Below the pieces are notes generated by a model that did no database searches, was not told the origin of the DNA, and saw nothing but the letters and a program-made list of their open reading frames with translations. This document shows positions 24,997-34,974 of a stretch of DNA of 64,000 nucleotides, one piece after another. Numbering within the stretch: position 1 is the stretch's first letter; each line of letters opens with the position of its first letter. The translations under genes and the position numbers were made by a program. The stretch comes from Armatimonadota bacterium. GTDB taxonomy: Bacteria > Armatimonadota > SYMT01. Where the stretch lies: the NCBI GenBank assembly GCA_046292385.1, contig JBKBRF010000038.1, forward strand, positions 1 through 64,000. Direction: 5' to 3'.

Positions 24997-27594
24997 ATGC
25001 TCGTCACTTTTCGCGCCTCTCTCCTCTCCGCCAGGCGGCAGCCGGTCTTCCGGTTGATAGGGCTGCTCTTGCTGCCGCTCGCAGCGTCGTCCGTCTCCGC
25101 TCAAGCGGTGGGCACGGCGCCGCCGGCGCCGAAGCAGAGCTCGGGCCTACTGCTAGCGAAAGGGGGACGGGCGGCCGTGCCAGTGGTCGTCTCCGAGAAG
25201 GCTTCCGAAGCGACACGCGCCGTCGCGGCGGAGTTGGCGGCATACCTGGAGCGGATCAGCGGCGCTCGATTCTCAGTGGAGTCGGGCGATGGCACCCGTG
25301 GGATCGTGCTCGGCACGCTGGAGCAGTTTCCGGACCCCGCGCTGCGGAAGCCGCTGGAGGTGCGCGACCGGTTCGAGGGGCGAGAGGCGTTCGTCATCCG
25401 CACAGAGGCGCGGCGTCTCCGGCTGATCGGCGCGACCGATCTCGGCGCCTCCCACGCCGCCTTCGCGCTACTGGAGGCGCTCGGCTGCCGCTGGTTCTTT
25501 CCCACGTCGGAGTGGGAGGTAGTCCCCACCCTCCCTACGCTGCGCGTCAACCTCAACCGGAGCGAGCGGCCGGCACTCCTGGCGCGGCGGATCTGGTACG
25601 GCGGCGGGTTCTTCGAGCACGGGCCGGAGAGCCGCCCGATCCGCGACTACCAGACCTGGGCTCGCCGGAGCCGGATGGCGCAGTCGTTCACGGTTCAGTG
25701 CTACCACGTGTGGCAGTCGATTATCGCGGAGCACCACGAAACATTCGAGCAGCACCCGGAGTACCGGGCGCTGGTGGGCGGCAAGCGGCAGGGGGAGCAG
25801 CTCTGCGTGAGCAGTCCCGGCCTGCGGGAGCTGGTGGTGCGGTGGGCGCTCAACTACCTCCGGAAGCACCCGGAGGCGGACATGGTCTCTATGGAGCCGT
25901 CCGACGGCGGCGGGCAGTGTGAGTGCGCGCCGTGCCGGAAGCTCGGGACGATCTCCGACCGCGCCTTCGGCCTGGCGAACGAGGTAGCCCGGGCCGTCGG
26001 TAAGGAGCACTCGGGGCGCCTGGTGGGGCTCTACGCCTACAACGAGCATTCCGAGCCGCCCGCCTTCCCGCTGGAGCCGAACGTCTACGTGCAGCTCACC
26101 GCCGGCTTCACGCGGGGCCGCTACCGCTTCGAGGAGTTGCTGGAGCTCTGGCCGAAGAAGTGCCGGAACATGGGGTTCTACGAGTACCTCTCGGTCTGGC
26201 CGTGGGACTTCGACCAGCTTCCCGGCGGCCGGGCGGCAGATAGCGCCTACCTGCGGCGGCAGATCCCTCGCTACGCGGCGGCCGGCGCGACCAGCCTCGA
26301 CTGCGAGAGCAGCGGCAACTGGGGGCTGCACGGGCGAGGCTATTACCTAGCGAACAAGCTGATGTGGAACCCGAGGGCGAACGTGGACGCCCTGCTGGCC
26401 GACTTCTATGAGAAGGCCTTCGGTCCCGCGGCACCGGCAATGCGGCGCTACTACGAGCGGTTCGACCCGAGCAACAAGCCGCTGATGAGCCGGCATCTGC
26501 TCGGGCTCGGCTTCCGCGACCTGGCGGAGGCGTCGCGCCTCGCCGCCGGGCGAGAGGACGTGCAGGCCCGGTTGACCCAGCTCAAGCAGTATCTGCGCTC
26601 TGTCCACCTACGCTGGCTGGTCGACCGTGCTCCGGATCAGCCGCGGAAGAAGGAGCTGACTCTCGCGGCGCTCACCCACGGCTATCGCACCCGCTACAGC
26701 TACATGAACCACTGGGTGGCAATGCGGGACGGCTGGGCCGCCCAGGCAGCCGCGGACTTCGGAGAGCCTTCCTGGGCGCCGAATCACCCGGAGAAAGCGC
26801 AGCCGTGGGCGGTCGAGCGTCCCTACACCCGAGCGGAGACCGAGGCGGAGTTCCGGGAAGGGCTCGCCTACTTCCAGCCGGTGGCGGTGGAGGAGAAGCG
26901 CTTCTCCGACGACCTGGTCCCGGTCCGGCTCGCCGCCGTTGACGCGCCGCCGGCGGAGAGCGTCCAGACCTACCAGTACGGCGCCCGGTACGCACTCTAC
27001 AGCCGCCGGGGTGAGCCGCTGGAGCTGACGGTAGTGACCGGAACGATCGCGCACTACCGGGACATGGCCCCCGCGAGCTGGGTCGTCACCGACGCCGGGG
27101 GCAAGCGGCTCGCGGACGGCCGTCTCCCGCTCGACGGGGAACGCCGCCCGCTGGTGGTGAAGGTACCGAAGGCGGGACGATACTACCTGGAGTTCAACGA
27201 CTCCACTGCCGGCTGGCAGATCCGCGTGGCGCCGGACCGGCACGCCACGCTGGTGCTGGAGCCGTCGCGCCACATCGAGCATGCCGGGTGGATGCAGCCG
27301 ATGCACTTCTACGTCCCGAAAGGCACTCGCGAGCTGCACTACTACTGGGCGGGTCAGCCGCACCGGGTCCACGGCCCGGACGGCGTCGTGCTGGCGGAGG
27401 TGAAGACCAGTGGGGAGTTCGTGAAAGTGCGGGTGCCGGAGGGCGCCGACGGCAAGACGTGGCACTTCTCCCAGATGATGCTGGGCCGGCTCCGGCTCTT
27501 CAACGCGCCGAGCTACCTCGCCGCTTCCCCCGCCGCTCTGCTGGTCCCGCGAGAGGTAGCCGAGAGGGACCGGTTAGAGATGCTCGCACGTTAG
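24997..27594 (+). CDS. Secreted DUF4838-like protein (glycoside hydrolase-like architecture)
   Basis: Signal peptide; GH67/GH20-like N-domain (AAELAAYLERISGA, LGCRWFFP); HPEYRAL...QLCVS, DGGGQCEC, LMWNP. Confidence 0.75.
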   Translation: MLVTFRASLLSARRQPVFRLIGLLLLPLAASSVSAQAVGTAPPAPKQSSGLLLAKGGRAAVPVVVSEKASEATRAVAAELAAYLERISGARFSVESGDGTRGIVLGTLEQFPDPALRKPLEVRDRFEGREAFVIRTEARRLRLIGATDLGASHAAFALLEALGCRWFFPTSEWEVVPTLPTLRVNLNRSERPALLARRIWYGGGFFEHGPESRPIRDYQTWARRSRMAQSFTVQCYHVWQSIIAEHHETFEQHPEYRALVGGKRQGEQLCVSSPGLRELVVRWALNYLRKHPEADMVSMEPSDGGGQCECAPCRKLGTISDRAFGLANEVARAVGKEHSGRLVGLYAYNEHSEPPAFPLEPNVYVQLTAGFTRGRYRFEELLELWPKKCRNMGFYEYLSVWPWDFDQLPGGRAADSAYLRRQIPRYAAAGATSLDCESSGNWGLHGRGYYLANKLMWNPRANVDALLADFYEKAFGPAAPAMRRYYERFDPSNKPLMSRHLLGLGFRDLAEASRLAAGREDVQARLTQLKQYLRSVHLRWLVDRAPDQPRKKELTLAALTHGYRTRYSYMNHWVAMRDGWAAQAAADFGEPSWAPNHPEKAQPWAVERPYTRAETEAEFREGLAYFQPVAVEEKRFSDDLVPVRLAAVDAPPAESVQTYQYGARYALYSRRGEPLELTVVTGTIAHYRDMAPASWVVTDAGGKRLADGRLPLDGERRPLVVKVPKAGRYYLEFNDSTAGWQIRVAPDRHATLVLEPSRHIEHAGWMQPMHFYVPKGTRELHYYWAGQPHRVHGPDGVVLAEVKTSGEFVKVRVPEGADGKTWHFSQMMLGRLRLFNAPSYLAASPAALLVPREVAERDRLEMLAR

Positions 27595-27616
27595 GCCAAT
27601 CTCCGAGTCAAGGGAC

Positions 27617-28888
27617 CTAACGGCGCCGCTCTAACCGCAGCTCCAGCTCCACCGGGCGGGTGAGCCGCTCGATCTCCGCGGTGAGCGGCGCGGCGCGGCG
27701 GCGGGCCTCTTCCAGCGGCGACCCGGCGGGGGTCTGCGGGCGCGTGTGGCCGACGTGGGAGAGCCAGGCAGAGCTGAGCAGCCGCTCCCGCTCCTGGATC
27801 TTCGCGAACAGCTCCGCCGCCCGGCGGTTGGTGGAGAGCTCGGGATAGGCGGTCAGATCGATCCCACGAGCGAGCTCCTCCTGCGTCAGCCTCGCGACTT
27901 CCTCGTCTCCCTCGTAAAGAGCGTAGCGGAAGGCCTCGTCGCCGCGGGTGACTCGAAGAACATGCCGGTTCAGCGGCGCGAGCGGTACTTCAGCCGGAAG
28001 CGGGACACGGGTCCGCCAGCGGAAGCGTAGCCCGTCGCCGTCGCGCGTCAGACCGTTCACGTCTCCCTGCCGGACGCGCAGAGCGCGGGCGTCGATCTCG
28101 GCGCGGTCGACCTCCTCGGGCGCGCCCCACGCCCGCAGCAGCTCCCGGGCGAAGAGCGCGTGGCCGGCGGCGTTCAGGTGGACGCCGTCCGGGGCGAGCA
28201 GGTAGCCCGGGTTCGACTTCCGCTCCTCTCGCAGGTGCCGGAGCAGCGGGGTGTGGATGTCGACCACCGTCAGCCCCTCTTTACGCAGGGTCAGCAGCCA
28301 CGCGGAGTAGCGGGTGAGCACCTCGTCGTAGTCCCGGTACGGAGTCTTGTAGCCGAACTCCGGCGCGTCCGCGCCGACGGTCGACTTCACCGGCGTCGGG
28401 TCGAACGGCGGCGGCGTGACGAGCGCCAGCCGCGCGCCGCTCCCCTTCACCGCAGAGACGAGCGCCCGGATTCCTTGCTGGTACTTCTGCATCCGCTCCG
28501 GGCTGAACGGGTGGTAGATGCCGTCGTTCATCCCGTAGCAGGCGACCACCACCGACGGCTTCACCACGTGGAGCGCGCGGGTGAGGCGGTCGTGGACGTT
28601 CGGCCGGGGGAACGGGTGGTCCGGCTCCGTGAGGCCGGTCACCCCCTCGCTGCCGAGCCCCAGGTTGATCAGCTCGACCCGGCGCTCCGGAAAGCGGGTG
28701 ATGAGGTACGCCTCCAGGTACTGCGTGTAGCCGCCGGCGTGCGTGATGCTGTCGCCGAGGAGCAGCACGCGGTCGCCCTCCCGCAAGAAGAACCGGTCGG
28801 CGGCCGTAGACGCCTTTCCGATCGCCGCCAGGGCAAACGCCAGGCCGAGGACGCACGCGAGGCGCAGTAAGGAGCCAGGCTGGAGCAC
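27617..28888 (-). CDS. SGNH/GDSL hydrolase; start approximate
   Basis: LGDSIT, CYGMND, DGVHLNAAGH; signal-like N-terminus. Confidence 0.9.
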   Translation of the reverse strand: MLQPGSLLRLACVLGLAFALAAIGKASTAADRFFLREGDRVLLLGDSITHAGGYTQYLEAYLITRFPERRVELINLGLGSEGVTGLTEPDHPFPRPNVHDRLTRALHVVKPSVVVACYGMNDGIYHPFSPERMQKYQQGIRALVSAVKGSGARLALVTPPPFDPTPVKSTVGADAPEFGYKTPYRDYDEVLTRYSAWLLTLRKEGLTVVDIHTPLLRHLREERKSNPGYLLAPDGVHLNAAGHALFARELLRAWGAPEEVDRAEIDARALRVRQGDVNGLTRDGDGLRFRWRTRVPLPAEVPLAPLNRHVLRVTRGDEAFRYALYEGDEEVARLTQEELARGIDLTAYPELSTNRRAAELFAKIQERERLLSSAWLSHVGHTRPQTPAGSPLEEARRRAAPLTAEIERLTRPVELELRLERRR

Positions 28889-29018
28889 GGAGGACCTCCC
28901 GCCGGCACGCAAGCCGGCCGGGAATCCAGTTGTCCCCAAAGGGCGGCCGTCCCTGCGCCACTCGGTGCCAGGACGTGCGAGTAAGATAAGACAGTGCCGC
29001 TCTCCGTCCACGGGCGGT

Positions 29019-29053
29019 CCGGACTCCGCACTCCGTCCTCTGCACTCCGCACT
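29019..29053 (+). repeat. Heptamer tandem repeat
   Basis: CCGGACT CCGCACT CCGTCCT CTGCACT CCGCACT directly before ATG 29058. Confidence 0.7.
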
Positions 29054-29057
29054 CACC

Positions 29058-30323
29058 ATGTCGCTCACCTCGCCTCTCGCCCGCCTCGTCCCGTGGATCC
29101 GGTCCCAGTTCCCGCAGGTCGACCACCTGCGGCAGGGCCGGCCGCGCCTCTACCTCGACAATGCCGCGGGCACGCTGGTGCCGCAGACGGTGGCCGACGC
29201 CATGGCGGACGCGGCGCTCTGGGCGAATCCGCAGCCGGAGCGGAGCTGGCCGGCGGGGCCGGAGACGAAGGCGGTCCACCGACGGGCGCGCGCCCTGCTG
29301 GCCGATTTCCTCAACGCGGCGCCGGAGGACCGGATCTACCTCTCGGAGTCGAGCACCTCGTCGCTCTACAAGCTGCGGGAATCGCTGGAGCCGCGGCTGG
29401 AAGGCGGAAACGTGGTGGTGACCGACTGCGACCACTTCGCCAACATCAGCGCCTGGGAGTGGCGACCGCGCTGGGAGGTACGGCGGGCGCGGATGCTGCC
29501 GGACGGCCACCTGGACGCGGAGCACGCGCTGTCGCTGCTCGACGCGCAGACGCGGGTGGTCGCGGTGACCCAGGCGAGCAACGGCCTCGGCACGATCCTG
29601 AAGCTGGAGGAGCTGATCCCCCGGATTCGGGAGCGGGCGCCGGAAGCGCTGGTGGTGATCGACGCGGTCCACGGGGCGCCGCACCTGCCGCTCGACGCGG
29701 CGCGCCTGGGGGCGGACGCGCTCGCCTTCTCCACCTACAAGCTGTTCGGGCCGAACTGCGGCGTGCTCTGGCTCCGCCGCGACGGCGCGGACGCGCTGGC
29801 GCCGTTCCGGGTGGAGCCGCACACCGACCCGGAGACGCTGCTGGAGTGGGGCACGCTCAGCAACATCAACGTGGCCGGGATTGCCGCGGCGCTGGAGTAC
29901 CTCGACCGCCTCGGCAGCAAGCTGGAGGGCGCCTACGTCGGCCGCCTGGCGGAGTACCCGCGCGAGCGGCGCCGGCTGAAGATCGCGCTGACTGCGATCC
30001 GGGAGTACGAGGAGGAGCTGAGCCGCCGGGTGCTCGAGGAGCTCGCCGGCGTCGAGCGGGTGCGGCTCTTCGGCGTCCGGGAGCCGGAGCGAGCGGCGGA
30101 GCGCGTGCCGACCTTTGCCTTCGAGCTGGAGGGCGTGCCGAACGGCGAGCTGGAGCTGCGGCTCTGGAACGAGGGTGGGCTGCAGGTCGCGATCGGCAGC
30201 CACTACTCCGCCGCGGTGACCCGGGGGCTGGGCCGGGAGGCGCTGGCGCGCGCCAGCTTCGCGCATTACAACAGCCTGGACGAGGCGGCCGCGTTCGTCA
30301 ACGCGCTGCGAAGGTCGAGCTAG
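29058..30323 (+). CDS. Aminotransferase class V, cysteine desulfurase-like protein
   Basis: YLDNAAGT, DHFANISAW, IDAVHGAPH, PLP lysine STYK, RASFAHYN. Confidence 0.88.
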   Translation: MSLTSPLARLVPWIRSQFPQVDHLRQGRPRLYLDNAAGTLVPQTVADAMADAALWANPQPERSWPAGPETKAVHRRARALLADFLNAAPEDRIYLSESSTSSLYKLRESLEPRLEGGNVVVTDCDHFANISAWEWRPRWEVRRARMLPDGHLDAEHALSLLDAQTRVVAVTQASNGLGTILKLEELIPRIRERAPEALVVIDAVHGAPHLPLDAARLGADALAFSTYKLFGPNCGVLWLRRDGADALAPFRVEPHTDPETLLEWGTLSNINVAGIAAALEYLDRLGSKLEGAYVGRLAEYPRERRRLKIALTAIREYEEELSRRVLEELAGVERVRLFGVREPERAAERVPTFAFELEGVPNGELELRLWNEGGLQVAIGSHYSAAVTRGLGREALARASFAHYNSLDEAAAFVNALRRSS

Positions 30324-32262
30324 TCTCGGCCTCGTCCCGGCTCTCCTCCTCCGGCTCCTGCCGGACGCTCAGGCGCGAGATCGCGGCGGCGGCCTGCTCC
30401 GAGATGATGCGGAGCACGCGCAGGTGGTGCTCCGAGAGGACGTGGTAGGCCACCGTGTAGACCGCCAGGACGCCGAGCGGTCGCTCCGGCGGGCCGAGAG
30501 TGACCGCGGCCGCGGCACTCAGCTCCTGTACCTCGTCCGGTCCGAAGCGCCGGGCTACGTCCGGCGCGGCGGAGACGTTCACTCTCGGCCGCGCGTCCCG
30601 CGCCACCGCGCCCGCCACGCCCTCGCCGTCGCCGACCGTCATCCCGAGCAGCTTCTCGCGGTACTTCCCTTCCGCGGCGGCGGCCACCAGGTGGGGCTCC
30701 ACCGGGTCCTTCAGGTAGAGGACGACGGTATCCGCCGGAAGCAGCGAGAGGGTACCCCGCACCACCAGATCTGCCACCGTCTCCAGGCTGCGCGCCCCCG
30801 CCAGCGGGCCGCTCAGCTCCAGCACCGCCGCCATTTCCGCGGAAGCGGCGCTGATCTGCGCCAGCGCGTGCTGGGACTCGTCCGCGCCGCGCTCCGCCGC
30901 CAGCGCCTGCTGCTCCGCCTCCACCCGCGCGATCTCTCGCCGCGCCTCCGGCAGGCTCTCTTCGAAACGGCGGACCAGCTCCGGGTCGAACTGCTTCCCC
31001 GCCCCGTCCCTCAGCACCTGGAGCGCCTCTTCGTGGGAAAGGGCGCGGCGGTAAGGCCGGTTGGAGGTGAGCGCGTCGAAGACGTCGACGATCGAGATGA
31101 TGCGGCCGCCGATCGGGATCTCGTCGCCCTTCAGTCCGCGCGGGTACCCGAGCCCGTCCCACCGCTCGTGGTGGGTCAGCACCACGTCGATCACCGGGAA
31201 GTCGAACGGCACCGGAGAAAGGATCTCCGCGCCGACCTGCACGTGCGTCTGAATGCGCGCGTACTCCTCCGGCGTCAGCTTCCCCGGCTTACCCAGGATG
31301 TGGTCCGGAATGGCCAGCTTCCCGATGTCGTGGACCAGCGCGCCGGTCCGCACCGCCAGCAGCTCCGGCCCCTCCACCCCCGCCGCCTCCGCCAGCGCCA
31401 GGGCGTAGATCTGCACCCGGTTGATGTGCGAGCAGGTGTACGGGTCCTTCGCGTCGATCGCGTTCGCGAGGGTCGAGAGCACCGCCTCGTTCAGCCGCTG
31501 CAGCTCCTCGACGTGCTCCCGCGCCTGCCGCGCGTTCTCCTCGGAAAGGCGCAGCCGATCCTGGTGGAGCTGGTACCAGTAGAAAACCAGCAGCAAGAGG
31601 GGTAAGAGCAAGAGCGCCCGAGGCCCCATGGCTTCGAATGCCAGACGGATCCCTGCCGCCATCGAGGCCGATGCGAAGAATCCTAGTCCGGACCATAGGA
31701 AGTGCTCCCGCCACACCGCGAGCCAGGCCAGGCCACGCTGCCAGGCTATGGCACGAGAGACGCCTAGGCTGTTCACCAGGAAGTAGACGGTGGTGAACAG
31801 GCCCAGCCCAACTACGTCGCGCCACGCGGAAGAACTCACCACTCGTTCAGTCGCGAGATACACCAGTCCGCCGGCACCGCAAGCGAGAGCGGCATTAGCG
31901 GCATTGAACACCACGGTATAGGCCGCAGGACGAAGGAGCCGCAGATGCGTCAATCGCTGCGCGGGACGGACAAAGCTGCCCACCACAGCCCCGACGGCTG
32001 CACAGAGTACCGCCAGAGGGACTCCTTCCAGCATCAGGGCGAGACACACCACGGCGAACGCAGGTGTTATACGGCCCTGGAAGACGGGCAGCTCTGCCTT
32101 CCAGGTACTGAAAAAGACCGAAGCCAGGAACACCACGGTTGCCAGCCACGGCCGTTCAAGCGGAGCCGCATACACGACGAGCACCACGCTGAGCGGCAGA
32201 ATCGCTAAGCCGTGGGCCACGATGTACCATCGCAGATTGGCGGGCAAGTCACGGAAAGACAT
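30298..32262 (-). CDS. Membrane-bound HD-GYP phosphodiesterase with multi-TM sensor domain and C-terminal GAF
   Basis: About 230 hydrophobic N-terminal residues (several TM helices); DAKDPYTCSH, HDIGK, HHERWDGLGYP, DVFDALTSNRPYR; GAF (GEGVAGAVA). Confidence 0.9.
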   Translation of the reverse strand: MSFRDLPANLRWYIVAHGLAILPLSVVLVVYAAPLERPWLATVVFLASVFFSTWKAELPVFQGRITPAFAVVCLALMLEGVPLAVLCAAVGAVVGSFVRPAQRLTHLRLLRPAAYTVVFNAANAALACGAGGLVYLATERVVSSSAWRDVVGLGLFTTVYFLVNSLGVSRAIAWQRGLAWLAVWREHFLWSGLGFFASASMAAGIRLAFEAMGPRALLLLPLLLLVFYWYQLHQDRLRLSEENARQAREHVEELQRLNEAVLSTLANAIDAKDPYTCSHINRVQIYALALAEAAGVEGPELLAVRTGALVHDIGKLAIPDHILGKPGKLTPEEYARIQTHVQVGAEILSPVPFDFPVIDVVLTHHERWDGLGYPRGLKGDEIPIGGRIISIVDVFDALTSNRPYRRALSHEEALQVLRDGAGKQFDPELVRRFEESLPEARREIARVEAEQQALAAERGADESQHALAQISAASAEMAAVLELSGPLAGARSLETVADLVVRGTLSLLPADTVVLYLKDPVEPHLVAAAAEGKYREKLLGMTVGDGEGVAGAVARDARPRVNVSAAPDVARRFGPDEVQELSAAAAVTLGPPERPLGVLAVYTVAYHVLSEHHLRVLRIISEQAAAAISRLSVRQEPEEESRDEAETSSTFAAR

Positions 32263-32560
32263 CACAGACTAGCTTTCGCCTAGCGGGAACGCGGAGCCTC
32301 CTGCAAGGGTGCCGCCGGCACCCATCGCTCGCGAACTTCTTTTTCTCATATGGGATCGGCTAATTGGCACCCCGCTTCTTATCTCGGTTGGAACATGAAT
32401 ACCCGCGTCGCCCGAGAAGCAAGCGATCAACCATACGTATGCTGGGGGAAGGAGGAAGCACCATCGTTAGGGAACTACCTGTGTACGAGCCGCCTAGTTC
32501 TCAGGAGCGCCAGACGCGTGCTCGGACATCCACTGCAGTATCAAATACGGAGAGGCAAAG

Positions 32561-32941
32561 ATGATCTCACGAAGGTCTGTGGTCTCCTGGCTCGCGCTCG
32601 CTCTGCTGGCCGCGACCGGTCTCTTCGCGGCGCGCCCTGCCCTCGCTCATTTCGTCTGGGGTGAAAGCCCCTCTGCCTCCGCCCCAGAGTTGGATAGCGG
32701 CGGCGGCACGATCGGCCTGACCGTGAAGTTCGATAGCGCGGTCAATTACGACCGAGTCGTGACGCTCACGGGGAGCTCCAGCGGACCGTCTTTCAGTATC
32801 CCGCAGAGCGTGACGGTCACCGCGGGGAACACGAGCGCGCCGTACCAGATGACCTATGGATCAGGGAGCTTCGGCTCCGACTGGATCAACATCCACATGT
32901 CTGACGGGGCCGCCAGCAACAACCACCGGCTGTACTACTAA
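32561..32941 (+). CDS. Small secreted beta-rich protein, predicted mature N-terminus HFVWGE
   Basis: GGAGAGG RBS, SRR + hydrophobic signal, ALA cleavage site, IPQSVTVTAGNTSA Ig-like strand pattern, followed by a terminator. Confidence 0.8.
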   Translation: MISRRSVVSWLALALLAATGLFAARPALAHFVWGESPSASAPELDSGGGTIGLTVKFDSAVNYDRVVTLTGSSSGPSFSIPQSVTVTAGNTSAPYQMTYGSGSFGSDWINIHMSDGAASNNHRLYY

Positions 32942-32964
32942 CGCCGGCGGGAGTCTGATCGGCC

Positions 32965-33006
32965 AAAAGAGGGTGGCTCGCCGTTTCGGCAGTGAGCCAC
33001 CCTCTT
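32965..33006. terminator. Bidirectional terminator between the small protein and protease genes
   Basis: AAGAGGGTGGCTC...GAGCCACCCTCTT inverted repeat. Confidence 0.85.
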
Positions 33007-33134
33007 CCGTTTCGGTGATTCCCGCGCTCATGAGCGCTTGGACCTCACGCCGTACTGCCGAAGCCGTCAACACTGTCCAGTGCCAAGACTTAGCGGCTGC
33101 AGCGCCCGTCCTGTATCGTTCGAATCTACTACGA

Positions 33135-34769
33135 TCAATCGGGCCAGCGGGTCGGCTCGCCCCAGAGGATGTGTGCCTCGTTCTCACTGGCAGGCGGTGC
33201 ATCACTCCAGAGCGCCTGATCGCCCCAGAGGGTCGGCTCACCCCACAGAATGTGCGCGTCGTTGGAGGGCGGCGCGTCTTGCGGCATGGCGCCGTAGGCC
33301 CAGATGGCGCCGTCCGACCAGAGCCGCCGGCCGCGCCACTGCTCCCGGTTCCCCCAGAGGGAGCCGCCGCCGCGGACGGAGTGCTGGCCCGCTTGCTCCT
33401 CGCGCTGAACCGTCGGCGAGACCGCCTGGCCCACCGCGTACTCCGGCTCGTCCAGGGCCGCCGGAATGCTCAGGCGTCCCGCGCCGCGGGCATAGGGCTG
33501 GTAGGGCACGGCGGCGTTCCAGTACTTGGTGGCGGAGTGCATCAGGCGCACCTTTACCGTGTCTGGATCGAGGTCCGGCTGCGCCTGCAGCATCAGGGCG
33601 ACCGCCCCGGCCACGGCGGGCGCGGCCATGCTCGTACCGGAAAGCTCCCGGTAGCGGGCGCCGCCCAGCGTCACTCCGTCGGTCGCCGCGGCGCAGCCGA
33701 GCGAGAGGATGCGGTTACCCGGCGCCACCAGGTCCGGCTTGAGCACCTGGTCGACCTGGGTCGGCCCGCGGGACGAGTAGGTGGCCATCTCGTCATCGCT
33801 CGGGTCCAGCGTGAAGTTCGACCGAGTGGCACCGACCGTAATCGCGAGGGGATCGTTCCCCGGCGCGGTGATGCTGCCGTAGCGCACGCCGCTGTCCGGG
33901 TCCTGCGGATCGATCCGCCCCCGGTTGCCCGCGGAGACCACCACCACGATACCGGAGTGCCACACCTTCTCCACGGCGCGGCAGAGCGGGTCCTTCTTGT
34001 AGGACTCCCGTACCGGCTGCCCGAGCGAGAGGTTTGCCACGCGAATGTTCAGGCGGTTCCGCTCGCGCACGCAGAAGTCGAGCCCCTTGATGACAGTGCT
34101 GGCATAGCCGGAGAGGTCGCCGTGCAGCACCTTCACTCCGATGATGTTGGCGCCCGGAGCAATGCCGCGCAGGTCCCGGCCTGCCGCCGCCGCGGCGCCG
34201 CCGTCTCCCGCGGCGATTCCGGCGACGTGCGTGCCGTGGCCGTTGTCGTCGTAGGGAGTGGAGCGGCCGTTCACCAGGTCCACCCAGCCGGTGAGGCGGT
34301 TGACCGGCTGCACCAGGTCCGGGTGCGGCGCCACGCCCGTGTCGAGCACCGCGATGCCCACCCCGGCGCCGCTAAGGCCGGTCGCCTGCCGGACCGCCGT
34401 GGCTCCCACCGCCTCCGCGGTGTAATCGGCCGCGCCCCGGACCGGAAGGTCGGGGGAGATGTGAAGCACGTCCGCCCGCGCCAGGAGAGTCGAGAGGGAC
34501 GAGAGCGGCAGGGTCGCCGCGAAGCCGTCGATCACCTCGAACTGCGCGTGGATCGTGCCGCCGAGCAGGCCCACCAGCCGCAGCAGGAGCGAGGAGGGGG
34601 TGCCCGACGTCTGGACGATCACGCGCGCGGAGCCTCCACTCCCGCCGGGAAGCAGGCCTCCCAGGGTGTTGGAGAGGAGGCTCGCCGTCGCGTCACGGCT
34701 GGCGGAGACGCTCAGCGTGGCGAGCAGCGCCAGGACGGCGAATCCTCGCAGGACGGGGTGAGATCTCAT
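33135..34769 (-). CDS. Secreted S8 subtilisin-like peptidase (AprX-like) with Trp-repeat C-terminal tail
   Basis: Signal + propeptide; triad AVLDTG, HGTHVAG, GTSMAAP; oxyanion SAGN; tail of xLW(G/S)x repeats. Confidence 0.93.
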   Translation of the reverse strand: MRSHPVLRGFAVLALLATLSVSASRDATASLLSNTLGGLLPGGSGGSARVIVQTSGTPSSLLLRLVGLLGGTIHAQFEVIDGFAATLPLSSLSTLLARADVLHISPDLPVRGAADYTAEAVGATAVRQATGLSGAGVGIAVLDTGVAPHPDLVQPVNRLTGWVDLVNGRSTPYDDNGHGTHVAGIAAGDGGAAAAAGRDLRGIAPGANIIGVKVLHGDLSGYASTVIKGLDFCVRERNRLNIRVANLSLGQPVRESYKKDPLCRAVEKVWHSGIVVVVSAGNRGRIDPQDPDSGVRYGSITAPGNDPLAITVGATRSNFTLDPSDDEMATYSSRGPTQVDQVLKPDLVAPGNRILSLGCAAATDGVTLGGARYRELSGTSMAAPAVAGAVALMLQAQPDLDPDTVKVRLMHSATKYWNAAVPYQPYARGAGRLSIPAALDEPEYAVGQAVSPTVQREEQAGQHSVRGGGSLWGNREQWRGRRLWSDGAIWAYGAMPQDAPPSNDAHILWGEPTLWGDQALWSDAPPASENEAHILWGEPTRWPD

Positions 34770-34974
34770 GATCGGCTTCCTTGGGAAAAGAGGCTGCCTG
34801 TAGCTGGCCCTATTATCGGCCAATCATCGGCTTGCTTGAGCGTTACTTTGCAAGGACGGACGTAGAGACGGCGACCGCACACCGCCTGCTCACTAGTTAC
34901 CCGACCGCCCGCTTGATAGAAACCAAAGTTTACCACGTTTTCTACCTGTGGCACTAGCAAGCAGAGGCTTGCCC

